A stretch of DNA of 64,000 nucleotides from Octopus sinensis (lineage: Eukaryota), in the NCBI RefSeq assembly GCF_006345805.1, contig NC_043007.1, positions 31,310,001 through 31,374,000 on the forward strand, in the 5' to 3' direction. Under the pieces are notes generated by a model. It was not told the DNA's origin and did no database searches. It saw nothing but the letters and a program-made list of their open reading frames with translations. A program made the translations under genes and the position numbers. Shown piece after piece: positions 38,361 to 51,234 of the stretch. Every line of letters starts with the position of its first letter. The first letter of the stretch is position 1.

Positions 38361-38660
38361 GTGGAGGCACATGGCCTAGTGGTTAGAGCAGCGGACTCGC
38401 GGTCGAGGGATCGTGGGTTCGAATCTCAGACCGGACGATGTGTGTGTTTATGAGCGAAACACCTAAGCTCCACGCGGCTCCGGCAGAAGGTAATGGCGAA
38501 TTTCTGCTAACTCTTTCGCCACAACTTTCTCTCACTCTTTCCTCTTGCATCTTGCAACTCACCTGCGACGGACCGGCGTCCCGTCCAGGTGGGGAACCTA
38601 TACGCCAAGGAAACCGGGAAACCGGCCCTATGAGCCAGGCATGGCTCGAGAAGGAACAAA
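38361..38660 (+). mobile_element. SINE-3-related copy within (TACA)n
   Basis: tRNA-like head ggaggcacatggcctagtggttagagc...gttcgaatctc. Confidence 0.8.
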
Positions 38661-39499
38661 CAAACAACATACATACACACGTACATAAATACATACACAC
38701 ATACAGGACCGGATTAGGACCCATAGAGGTCTCTAAGCGCTTAAAAGATTTTGGCGCCCCCATATGTATGTAATTCAAAATATAAACAATAATAAACCTT
38801 GAAATAAATATATATTTTTCGAAATGAACTAAACTAACGGTAAAATGGGAAATAATGTTTATTTTTGATATACCCCTACTTTAGTTCTATTTGAAAAGTT
38901 TTCCCCTATTTTTTCTAATTGCGAAGTCTGATCATGGCCACACTGGGAGTCCTCAAACACTTCGAAATCATATTTTCGATCATATGAATCACTTTGAATA
39001 TTATTTTGGCAAGTTTAAGGTGATTGCTTTTGTGCCGTAAACCATTAACCATTTCTGCGGTGCCATTTTTCCACTGATGGAGGAATAGGAGCGGCTGAGT
39101 GAGAGCAGAATATGGAAATGGAAAATTCCAAAACAAGGTTACTCATGGATATATTTGGACGAGTTAGAGATGATAGCCTCTTTTTTTTTTTTCTTTTTCA
39201 GCAGAAAGAGAAACCTAGATCAGTCGACTGTTGAGTTTAAGGAATTTCGGATCATGGCGACAAAGAATGGAAAACGGGGCCGAGGTGGTGGTGGTGGTGG
39301 TAGGAGGAGAGGAGGAAGGGGAGAAAGCGAAAAGCAAGATGAAAAGAGCTGAGGAATGTCGCAATAGAAATGCTTGCATGGTGAGGATTGTGTGAGAGAG
39401 AGAGAGAGAGCGAAGCTAGAATGGAAATGGTTTGGGAAGTGTTCGGGAAGTGGTCGGCGGTTTGTGGAATGGGAAACGAGGAGTCGTTCTTTAGAAGTG

Positions 39500-39664
39500 T
39501 GTGTGTGTGTGTGTGCTCGTGGGGCTGATTATGTGTTTTATTGAGTGTGTGTTCGGGTGTTTGTGTGTGTGTGTGTGTATTTGTGTCTGTGTTTACGTGT
39601 GTGTGTTTATTTGTGTGTTTGATTGTGTGTGTATTTGTGTGTGTTTATTTGTATGTGTTTGATT

Positions 39665-39733
<69 letters not shown>

Positions 39734-40019
39734 ATGCTTGATTGTGTATATGTTCGTATGTGTGTTTGATTTTGTGTGTGTTTGTATGTACGTGCTTGCG
39801 TGTGTGTATGTGTGTCTATGTGTGCATGTGTGTGTATTCGTGTGTGTGTGTTTGATTGTGTTTGTTTGTATGTCTGTGAGTTTGTGTTGTGTGTGTATGT
39901 GTGCATGTTTGATTGTGTGTGTGTGTATGTTTATGTGTGTGTTTGTGTGTGTGTTTGATAGTGTGTGTATTTGTACGTTTTGTGTGATTTAGGATGAGAG
40001 GGGCGGCTATAAGAGAGAG

Positions 40020-40052
<33 letters not shown>

Positions 40053-40320
40053 AGAAGGAGATAGAGAAAATGGGAAAGAGAGAGAAAGAGAAGAAGAGGG
40101 AAGGTGCAAGGGAGAGCGAGAGAGAACAGAGATAGAGAGAATAGTGTATGTGTGTGTGGGTGGATGGATAGTTATAAGAGCAAGAGAGATGGAGAGAGAA
40201 GGGGAGGAGAAAGAAAACGGAGGGAGAGGGAGAGAGAAAGGGAGGGTGAGAGAGAGAGAGAGAAGAAGGGTGTTAATGAAGCTGAGAAGTCAGAGAGAGG
40301 GAGGGATGATCTGGAAAGGT
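39500..40320. repeat. Compound (TG)n then (GA)n low-complexity tract
   Basis: Direct reading. Confidence 0.9.
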
Positions 40321-41454
40321 TGGGTGGATGAGTACAGAGGACAACTGTGTACAACCCAACACATACCGATGGAATATTATACTATTTACTGGGAATACTG
40401 GACCCTGTAATGACGTCATGTGACTGTTTCGTTTGAAAGGTTATTGTAGTCTCCCCCCCCAACTTTCTCTCTCTCACTCTATTTACCGCCGAACGTCCCC
40501 CCCCCGCCGCCACCAACTCCGTCGGACCCTTTTCATGACTGTCATTTCACAACTATCCCGCAGCCCCCCCATCTCTCTCTCCCCTTCTAATTGCCATTTA
40601 TTACAGCCGATTTTGGAATTTGAATCCCTCCCTAAAAGCAGATGGGGATAGAGTTGTGGAGTGCGAAGAGTAGTGGGGAGGGGGAGGAGAAGGAAGGGAG
40701 AAGAAGAAGAAGAAGAAGAAGAAGGAGAAGAAGAAGAAGAGAAGAAGAAGAAGAGAAGAAGAAGAAGAGGAAGAAGAAGAGGAAGAAGAAGAGGCGTTGA
40801 TAAGCTTGATATGACTGTGTGTCACAGATATGAACATATACAAGCGCAGGAGTGGCTGTGTGGTAAGTTGCATTGCTTACCAACCACATCATTCCGGGTT
40901 CGGTCTCACTGCGTGGCACCTTTGGCGAAAGTCTTCTACTATAGCATCGGGCCGACCGGGGTCTCGTGAGTGGATTTGGTGGGCGGAAGCTGGGGGAAGC
41001 CCGTCGTATATATATCTTAAGTCTACCATTTCGTCAATCGCAGCAGCTTCCAAGCTTCACCACAATTTCAGTTCTTAACTAAATTGCAAACTGTTAATAG
41101 TTTTAAAGAGGTCACCGCCTCAGCTACACTTCGGCATAAATAGTTTGAGATTTGGTTCAGTAGAAAGAAAGTTACATCAAAATATGTCAGAACTCAAGTG
41201 GGCAGTAAGGCAGATATTCATCTTCAATTAACATAATTTTTTAAATTTTAAATTATAAGTCTACTTTTCTTAGGCTTACTTGATAGAAAAATGCACGAGG
41301 AATTCAGAATCGTTAGTCGCATAGAACAAAAATTAGTAGAAAAACAGTTATGAGGTAGAATGTTACGAAATTTAATGTCAGTAAGTGAGAAAGTAAGAAG
41401 TAACGCTTAAGCAATAAGAATAAAGAATATATTTCTAAAATGAATGTTAACACT

Positions 41455-41985
41455 TTAAGGCGGTGAGTTTCGTTTGTCGTTACGTTTTGTGTTCAAATTT
41501 CGCCGAGGTCGACTTTGACGTAAAGATTATTTAATTACTTATTTTAAACTTCCGATACTGGTATAATGTGTCACATAGAACAGGGTTTTGTATTTTAGAA
41601 GCGGTATTTCGTTTGTCTTTATGTTCTAAGTTCGAATTCTGTCGAGGTCGACTTTGCCTTTCATTCTTTCGGGGTCGATAAATTAAGTGCCAGTTACGCA
41701 CTGGGGTCGATGTAATTGACATAATCCATTTGTCTGTCCTTGTTTGTCACTTCTGTGTTTAGCCCCTTGTGAGCAATAAAGAAATAAGAAACGTTAGTCC
41801 GCCGGGCGAAATGTTTAGCGGTATTTCGTCTGTCTTTACGTTCCGAGTTCAAATTCCGCCGAGGTCGACTTTGCCTTTCGTCCTTTCGGAGTCGATAAAT
41901 TAAGTACCAGTTACGTACCGGGGTTGATCTAATCGACTGACGCCTCTCCCAAAATTTTGGGCCCTGTACCTAAAGTAGAAAAGAA
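41455..41985 (+). mobile_element. Tandem array of three SINE-2 units
   Basis: Core gtcgactttg occurs at ~41510, ~41650 and ~41865. Confidence 0.8.
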
Positions 41986-42085
41986 TTTACTGTACATTTC
42001 AAATCTTGACAACGAGAAGGAGAGACCCTCATCATTCTAATTTTTCTTTCGTTTTCTTGCAAACAGATCAAGAAATCATGCGTTA

Positions 42086-42674
42086 CTTCTTCGGAATATC
42101 CCCCCCCCCTGTAACTTTTGAACCAGTAATTAAAAAAAACTTTTTTTTCAGATTCATATTTTCGATATCGGAGATTACAATTTAGCAAAAAAAAAATTGT
42201 TTTTAATTTCAATCCCCCACCCCATCCACCCTATTTTATTTGCTTTATTTTTAGTTGACAAGACGTGCTGTCACGCACAAAATGACAGCTTCCAAATCCT
42301 GTTTCCTGATTGGCTGAAAATTATAAAATTATCAAACTTTGAACCTCTGCAACTTTTTACAAACATTCAAGCTAAATTGCTGGAGTTGTTTCACTTTTTC
42401 CAGAAAAATATTTTTTAAAAGTTACAGAGGTTTAAAGTTTGATCATTTTCAGCCAATCAGGAAACAGGATTTGGAAGCTGTCATTTTGTGCGTGACAGCA
42501 CGTCTTGTCAACTGAAAATAAAGCAAATAAATTGGGGCTAGGGGTGGGGGGATTGAAATTAAAAACAATTTTTTCTTTTGCTAAATCGTAATATTGAAAA
42601 CATATGAATCTAAAAAAAAAAAAAATTACTAGTTCAAAAATTATAGGGTGGGGGTGGAAGGAATTCCGAAGAAG
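42086..42674. mobile_element. MITE/fold-back with ~250 bp imperfect inverted repeats
   Basis: cttcttcggaat...gacaagacgtgctgtcacgcacaaaatgacagcttccaaatcctgtttcctgattggctgaaaa, mirrored at 42444-42674. Confidence 0.8.
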
Positions 42675-43354
42675 GACTAATCTTGCTTATGGTAGCTCCT
42701 ACTCAGTTGAAATACAAGTTTTCTACGAAATTCTGGAGTGGCTGTGTGGTAAGTAGCTTGCTTACCAACCACATGGTTCCGGGTTCAGTCCCATTGCTTG
42801 GCACCTTCGGCAAGTGTCTTCTACTATAGCCCCGGGTCGACAAAAGTCTTCTGAGTGGATTTGGTAGACAGAAACTGAAAGAAGCCCGTCCTATGTGGCT
42901 GTGTAGTAAGAAGCTTGCTTCCCAACCACATGTTTCCGGGTTCAGTCCCACTGCGTGGCAATGTGGGATACTTTATTCTACTATGGCCTTGGGCCTCCCA
43001 AAATCTTGTGAGTGGATTTGGTAGACGGAAACTGAGTTCGACAAAAGAGTACTCGGATTGATTTGTTTGGATAAACCCTTCAAGGCAGCGCTCCCGCGTG
43101 GCCGCAGTCCAGTGATTGAAACAAGTAGCTTAAATTAAATTAAATATTGCTCTCCCTGTTGTACGAACGTCCAAATGCTGCTGGTATGATGTCTTCTCGG
43201 ATGCTGCCTTCGTAGATGTCGGATGTAGACGCAAGAGAAACTACTAAACCAGCAACGCCTGTTGACTCATCTCTTGGAAGAAGAGAGAATGTGGAATTCC
43301 TTTTAACCTAATTTCACAAAAATTTTATTCTTAATGAATACGCCCTGAAACAGA

Positions 43355-43530
43355 GAAAAGTAGGTGTGGTTTGAGAAAAGAATAGGTGTGGTTTCCGAGA
43401 ATTATAGGTGTGGCTTGAGAGAAGAATAGGCGTGGTTTCGAGAATAGGTGGGGGGTTTTTTTTTGGGGGGGGGTTCTTTTCAGAAAAGAATAGATAGGGA
43501 TTCTGAGAAGAATAGGTGTGATTTTAAAGA
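43355..43530. repeat. Degenerate tandem repeat (gaataggtgtggtttgagaaa-like)
   Basis: About 6-7 diverged units. Confidence 0.7.
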
Positions 43531-44202
43531 ATAAGCTTAGCTTCAGAAAAGAGTAGATCCAAATTCAAAGATGAATAGTCTCAGAGAACAAAAGGTGACA
43601 TCAGCACTAGAGAAGTTATCTTACCGAATTCAGAACCGATTCTAAAATATTAATTTCAGAGTAACCAGTTTTTTACACGTGCTCTTCTCCCTACGTCTGT
43701 TAAGCGATATATCTTCTAAGATGGCTTTCTGTTAAGAAAGGAAGCAAAATAAGTTGTAAAAAAAAAAATCGAAACTATATTAATCTAGATATCTCAAAGA
43801 GCGTTTTTATCCAATGTGGTACCAATATGGTTCTTGAGGCAATATAAATTCTTTTCAACAGGATTCTTGAATAAATCAACGCGCCCATTAAAGATTAAAA
43901 TTGTCAGGAATATGAAACAAAATTTAAAGGAATGGCAGCTTATTTTAAATGTATTTATCTTCAGATAGCTCATCTCTTATCTCTGCTTCTTATAATCTGG
44001 AACATCCGCTGTGAATTCGTCTTCCAAAGTCAACCAAATATATTTATAAACTGTCTTAAATAAGATTACATCAGCCGAGTTTCTGGAAATGTGATCTTCG
44101 CTGGGGATGAGCAATACTCACGAATTGAAGAACAGGACACTACGGAATCCTGGAGTTATCTATCTATCTATCTATCTATCTGTCTGTCTGTCTATCTATC
44201 TA

Positions 44203-44545
44203 ACTTCCTATGAACCCGGAAAATTTAAACCAGAGGGTTACCTACTTGCAAACAAATATGGTAACATGTAACATTATTGACCGAGGTTACCGTGGTCTTT
44301 TCCGTAGGCTTTTCTCTCCACGGATAAACCTTATCTGCTTCCCCCTTTACACTTTACATCATGACATTTCTGTGATATACGATCCCTATTGATCGTTTTT
44401 TTCTTTCCATTTTTCTTCTTTCCCTTTTTCGATCCCTTTTGATCGAAAACCTACCCCACTTTTTTTTTTCTCCCTAAAAAGAAAAGCTCTACTTTGTAAT
44501 CTGTCCCGTCTGTGTGCAGCCCTGTGTGGCTAATAAAGAAAAATA
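44203..44545 (+). mobile_element. Tx1-like LINE 3' UTR (5' truncated copy)
   Basis: Homologous to 50740-51125 (ttgaccgaggttaccgtggtcttttccgtagg...gcagccctgtgtggctaataaagaaa). Begins immediately after (TCTA)n. Confidence 0.8.
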
Positions 44546-45128
44546 TCAGAGCGACTTTCCTGAGATGTTAGTCGCAAGTTCGATTCTTTGTAATATCTGT
44601 TGGCAGATACCATCATTCCGCAAATTTGATCAAAAACGAAATATTTAGTGACCCACGGTTTAGTTATTGCAGTAGTCAATGTAGTTACTACCAGTGCCTT
44701 CTATATATAGAACTATATCAGCGCTTTCTTATTTTCTTAGAATGAGTCTTCCAGCATCGTAATTGCTAGTAAAATACCGCTGGTACACAGACAAGCAAAA
44801 TGCTGACTAATTTGTATCTTAGGTATCTCGGGGTGTCAGAAAAGTATGCAGTTTTTCCCTCCCCCCGAATTCCTATTAATATATACATTTTGTGACGTAA
44901 AGAAATGGAAGCCTGTAAACTTACAGATAAGCGTAATGTTGCCTGGGATTATATCAAGAAGTTAGAGGTCATAATAATATACTGTCTTCACTTTCAGTGC
45001 CTTCCATGATTTATCTACTGCATACACCGACAGTTTTAGTGGATTATAAATAACTCAGGAACACCCTCTGCAAAAAAAATAATATTAAAGTTAGTTTCAA
45101 CATATTCAATGTAGTTTCGACATATTTT

Positions 45129-45429
45129 GCAGTCCTGTATGGGGTGATTGTTGCTGTTGTTTAGTCCCAGGGAAGGTCGTTTCCAGCTGGCTATACGACA
45201 CAATACCTGTGTCCTTATATTTTCGAACAGGGAGCTCAGCACAAAGCAACATCTGTGGACCGGTTTCTGGGTTATTGCAGCACCGTTTAGCCAAGCAACA
45301 ACTCTGTGCTGAGAAGGGCAATGTCCCAGAAACCGGTCCATGGATGTTGCTTTGTGCTGGATGGGGCTGCTGAGCTCCCCTGTTCGGAAATATAAGGACA
45401 CAAACGACAATCGTCCCATCCAGGACTGC
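45129..45429. mobile_element. Imperfect fold-back / MITE-like element
   Basis: gcagtcctg..tgtgtccttatatt..cgaacaggg.agctcagcacaaagcaacatc..tggaccggtttctggg, mirrored with indels. Confidence 0.7.
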
Positions 45430-45914
45430 CACATTATGTTGGCAAATAGTCTTTACTTGAAAGTACTGTTACTGAATATATCTGTTTGAGAGATTTAGAA
45501 ATAATAATGTTTTGTTTAATATATTAATATTTAACCAGCTAGAAATAATTAAATGATGGTAGAAAGATGATATTAGTCAAGGGCAAATATTATTCTATTT
45601 CATCATACTAAAGAGACAACTGTGAACAAGTTCCAACTCTATTATGACCTCATCAGCGAGACACAAAAACCACTGGATTTTTGTTTCCTTGTTGCAAATA
45701 AGAGGCAAATTCAATTTCATTGTGAATTATTTGTGTTTGTCACTCAGTATGGAATCAATACAACCAGAATTATTTGAATCAATGTCATTGGTCCACCTTA
45801 GTTATTTCCATTAACACGCTTTTTGTAATCATGCAAATAGTTACTATTACCTAAAAAATATAACAATGTAATTGTAAAAAACAGTATGTCTTTTGATTGA
45901 ACAAGTTCTAATAA

Positions 45915-46538
45915 GCCTTTCTGCTAAAGACACAAGGCCTGAAATTTTGGAGGAGGGGGACTAGTCGATTACATCGACCCCAGTGTTTCACTAGTACTTA
46001 ATTTATCGTCTCCGAAAGGACGAAAAGCAAAGTCGACCTCGACGGAATTTGAACTCAGAACGTAAAAACAGTCGAAATACTGCCATGCATTTCCCCCGGC
46101 CTGCTAACGATTCTGCCAGGTCGCTGCCAACAAGTTCTAATCCTTTCTACGATAGGCACAAGGCCTGAAATTTTGGGGAAGGGATAAGCCGATTATATCG
46201 ACCTCAGTGCGTAACTGGTACTAATTTAATCGACCCCGAAAGGATGAAAGGCAAAGTCGACCTCGGCGGAATTTGAACTCAGAACGTAGCGACGGGCGAA
46301 ATACCTATTTCTTTACTACCCACAAGGGGCTAAACACAGAGGGGACAGACAAGGACAGACAAACGGATTCAGTCGATTATATCGACCCCAGTGCATAACT
46401 GGTACTTAATTTATCGACCCCGAAAGGATGAAAGGCAAAGTCGACCTCGGCGGAATTTGAACTCAGAACATAGCGGCAGACGAAATACCGCTACGCATTT
46501 CGCCCGGCGTGCTAACGATTCTGCCAGTTCGCCGCCTT
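45915..46538 (-). mobile_element. Three SINE-2 units punctuated by a repeated 13-mer
   Basis: aacaagttctaat at 45900, 46129 and 46539. Confidence 0.85.
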
Positions 46539-48480
46539 AACAAGTTCTAATAATGACGAAACACACCAGTAGCTCTCATCTTGTTAGTAAATACTACATT
46601 TTCTGCCCAAGCATAACAGATAATTCTTAACGTCTCGAAATTATCTCCCCCTTTCTTTGCTAGTCGTTAACAACAGCCACTACATATGTTTTTTTGCCCT
46701 CTTTCTACAACTGAAACAGAAATTTCATTTCCCTGAGAACCTATTCTTGTGTATGTTATTCCATACATCCGTACCTACATAAATATTCTAAAGCTGAATA
46801 ATATCAATTTTTTTAACGACGTATTCGGTGGTTCAAACAGTAACTCATGAATATGCTCTTTTCTGATATAAGACTTGCAAATAAGTATAAATAAGTTAAA
46901 GTATGTATTCCTATAAAATTTAAAGCAAGTACATATATGTATGATGAATATATATTATATTTCATTTGAATACGATAAATTAAAGTAATTAAACAGATTA
47001 TTAACTGGTAATATGTGCGTTTATGCATTTACAACGTAACGTATATGGATGAGAAAAACTCATAGCTTTAACTGATAACTTTATTTAATTACTTTTACTT
47101 GTTTCAGTCATTAGACTGCGGCCATGCTGGAGCACAGCCTTGAATCAACCTCAGTACTCGTTTTTTTAAAGCCTGGTACTTAATTTTATCGATCGTTTTG
47201 GCCGAACCGCTAAGTTACGGGAGCGTAAATACATCAATACCATTTGTCAAGCGGTGGCGGGGGACAAACACAGACACAAACACACACACACACGATGGGT
47301 TTCTTTCAGTTTCCGTCTACCAGATCAACTCACATGGCTTTGGTTGGCCCAAGTTTCCACGCAGTAGGACTAAATTGGAACCATGCCGTTGAGAAGCAAA
47401 CTTCTCACACAGAGCCACGCCCAAGTCCCTGTATCAGTTACACTGTAATATCGCAACCCCTGCCTTCGATATTTGACTCTCTTCGTGTATTCGTATTTCG
47501 GCAGCAAAGACTCTACAAAGTCTCAATGGCATATTTTTGATTACGAATCCCATACCAAATGCAAAAAGAAAAAGTTGCGAAAGTGGGGTGGAGAGCAAAA
47601 ATGTAATAAATAAATAAATAACTAACTATTTTGAAAAAAATTGCCGTTGTATGAATCACAGGAGTAGTACCCATCTCTCCCCCAAACAACCCGTTTTTCC
47701 TTTCCCACGAGATACCCGAGTACCTAATCCAAAATTCCGCCGTCCCAAATTTAGGTGATAGTATTAACCCGTCGTTTGTCAACGAATGTTAACAAGTAGC
47801 AATAGTAGCACCAACTAAGGAAATCGCCATATTTCAGAACGGGCGTACGTTGGATTTTCCAGAAGACGGAAATCTGCCGTAAGATACTTGAAGAAGTCAA
47901 AACCGCCAGTAACTGCAGGATCCCGGAGCAGAGGCATACTGGATTTTAGGAGGGTAATCTCAACGGTCATGTCATAGCGCTGAACTCTCGCTTTCATACC
48001 CGACCCTATTTAGGGGTAGCAAGGCTACAATGCGATGCATAGGTGGGAGTTTGTTTTGGCAGAGGCGATTAAATTCCACACACCATATTGAGCAACTTCT
48101 TAAACGACTGGACCTTCAACCACGACTGTCCACCTTCAGTAATACCAAAAGATGTATAGGTGTAAGATAATCCAAAGACCTAGTTTTCAACAATATACCA
48201 GTGCTAAAAGCAACAGAAAGAATTAAATATCATTCATTAACGACTGTTTTACATTTGGATATTTTAGCTTAACATCTGTGTAATTGAATTAGCTCTAGAA
48301 AACATTCCAGATGTCCCTCGAGAAGGTGGCGCAGAAGGCGTGGTTTGCTTGAAACAACACAAAATTCGGTCGGGTTCTTGGTCTGAGAGAAAAACAATCT
48401 AAGTAAATATGCGTGGGTGTACATACATTTGAATACATACATACAAATACACACATACGCGTGCACCCATACAAAGACAT

Positions 48481-48521
<41 letters not shown>

Positions 48522-49743
48522 GATACGTACCTAAACTCACACATAGAGACATGTACTTACTCATACAATCATATATACAAATATACATACACACACGTGT
48601 ACGGTTGGAAGGATCTTAGTTCGTTGGTAAGCACACATCGCTTACACTCTTAGAACATTAGAACAAGCCCCATGAATACACACACGCGTGTAATACGTGC
48701 ATACTCGTATGCATGTAACGAGGAGCAACCGGATATACAAACATACAGACAGGTACATTGATGTACGTCTAATACGTGCATCTAATGAGCAACCACACAC
48801 ACAAACGTGCATATAGACATGCATTTAGGCACAGGCATTCGTATTGTTTCACAGACATTTTTACTCAAGAGGTTTTTTATTTAAAAAAAAGAGAGAGACA
48901 ACGAAAACGGCAAATCGTTTCACCAAGAGTGTACCTTTGTCTCTTTTGTTCCAATTGTATTCAATAAGAAACCCCCCACTTTCTACCTCGTCTCTTCGCT
49001 ATTTTTAGTTATGAGTAGTTTACTCCGTTTGATTTGTCTCACTGACTTTGTGTCACTTAATAGACATGCCTGTTCATGAGTCAGCCTGTTTCCAGACTTT
49101 CTATGCGTTACGTTTACAAATGGCTTCCAACTTCACATCTGCCTTTCTCACTCTCTGTCTCCCCCTCTCTCTTTCAGCCTATCTCTCTCTCTCTCTCTCT
49201 CCAACACACTTCCTTTCCCTCACTCTGTGGACAAGATATCATGTGTATGTGTGTGTGTGTATGCACGCATGTACGTTTGTATTCGTGTGTGTGTGTTTGT
49301 GTGTGTGCATAAGCGTGCACGCTCGCCTTCTCCATGTGTCTATGCAAATGTGCGCGAGTGTATCGGAGTCCATGTTTTTTGCTGGCGCGCATGTCCGCCT
49401 GTATGAATATGCATATGTAGCGAGAGTGCATGTGTACATGTATGCGTGCGTCTATATGTGTGAGCGTGCGCTTGTTTGTGCATGTGTGTATGTGCATTGA
49501 CGCGTGTGTTGCGGGTGGAAATGTTTTATTGTGCGGGTACGGTTAAGTGCAAATAAAACCGAGTGTGAAGATGCGAACGGCTAAAGCATGCGTTTTAGGT
49601 GACTCTCTCTCTCTCTCTCTCTGTTCCCTCTCTCTTCCCCTCTTTCTTACTGGGTTTCGCTTTACAATTACGAAAGAGTTATTCAGAGCTTAACGGATCA
49701 ACTTTGATAAAGCATAAAGACTTACCAAACGGTGCTTCAATCA

Positions 49744-49782
<39 letters not shown>

Positions 49783-49968
49783 ATATATATATATGTCAGT
49801 CTGTCTGTTTGTCTATCTATCTATCTATCATCTATCTATCTATTTATGTCTGTCTGTCTGTCTAGCTATTTATCTGTCTGTCTGTCTCCTTGTCTGTCTG
49901 TCTATCAGTATGTCTGCTTATCTGCCTGGCTGTCCGTCCGCCTGTCTGTTTCTCTATCTGCCTACCTG

Positions 49969-50047
<79 letters not shown>

Positions 50048-50114
50048 CTCTGTCTATTTATCTATCTATCAATCTGTCTGTCTATCTATCTATCTATCTA
50101 TCTGTCTATCTAAA

Positions 50115-51125
50115 CCAAAGCATTCTATAGGGGTTTAGTGGAGGGGAGGTACGACGACGAGCTCGGGTCGAACCTGGACGTCGACGAGGAGTACCTGACC
50201 CGCCTTTCGGACGACTTTCGGGCCAGGGCCCATGGACAACTTCAGAGATCCCTGGCCTGGCAGTGCTACCGAGAAGCGCTACCCGTTCGGGATAAGCTCT
50301 ACAGACACGGCTCGAGAAACACGGGGCCGACCTGCCCGAGATGCGGTCAGAGCGACGAAACCGTTCTGCACGCACTCGTTCAGTGTCCAACAATTTCCGA
50401 CCTGTGGGCTTGTGTCGAACAACTGCTGTCACGTGTGGGACGAGTCTTTATCAGCTGAGCCTATCGTCATATTGTCACGCCTCCTTCTTCAAACGGGAAG
50501 GAAGAGCTATTTTCATCATCCTTGTGGCTATGGCGAAAGAATGTATCTGGTGGACGCGTCTGAAAGGATTGGAGACAAACACTTTCCTCTCTGGTCAATC
50601 TCTCATCAACTTCTTCAAGTACCACTTGAAAAGGAAAGTGAGAGTAGAGAGGCAAGTTTTGTCTAGCGAATGTTTTAAAAAAAAGATGGGTGAATGTAGC
50701 AAGAATGGCACGTATGAATGACGAAGCCACCTTGAGCATAGTCCTATGAACCCAGAAATCGAAAACAGAGAGTTGCTTATTTGCAAAAAAAAAAAAAAAA
50801 AAAAAAGAAATATAAAATGTGACTTCATTGACCGAGGTTACCGTGGTCTTTTCCGTAGGCTTTTCTTTCCACGGGTAAACCTCACCTGTCCTCCCCTTTA
50901 CACTTCATATTGACATTTCTGTGATAACGATCCCTATTGATCAATTTTTTTTTTTCCTCCCCCCCTTTTTTTAACCCCCCCTTTTTTGTCCTCTTTCTCT
51001 CCTTTTACGATCCCTTTTGATCGAAACTCCCCCTTCCCCCTTTTTTTTTTTTCTAACCCTTCAAAAGAAAAGCTCTACCTTGTAATTTGTTCTATCTGTG
51101 TGCAGCCCTGTGTGGCTAATAAAGA
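50115..51125 (+). mobile_element. Tx1/L1-clade LINE 3' end (zf-RVT CCHC domain plus 3' UTR), frameshifted
   Basis: RSLAWQCYREALPVRDKL...CPRCGQSDETVLHALVQC...AKECIWWTR. (TCTA)n on both sides. Confidence 0.85.
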
Positions 51126-51145
51126 AACATATCTATCTATCTATT

Positions 51146-51234
<89 letters not shown>

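Noticed and set aside
40405-40660. CRE palindrome tgacgtca with C-rich CpG stretch as a promoter
   Set aside because: A single motif embedded in low-complexity sequence; insufficient support.
45036-45434. 132 and 108 aa minus ORFs
   Set aside because: Lie within an imperfect fold-back repeat; no protein motif.
45625-45665. Minus-strand CTGATGAGGTC...GGAAC motif
   Set aside because: Perfect left core, but stem II is poor and there is no GAAA or stem I closure.
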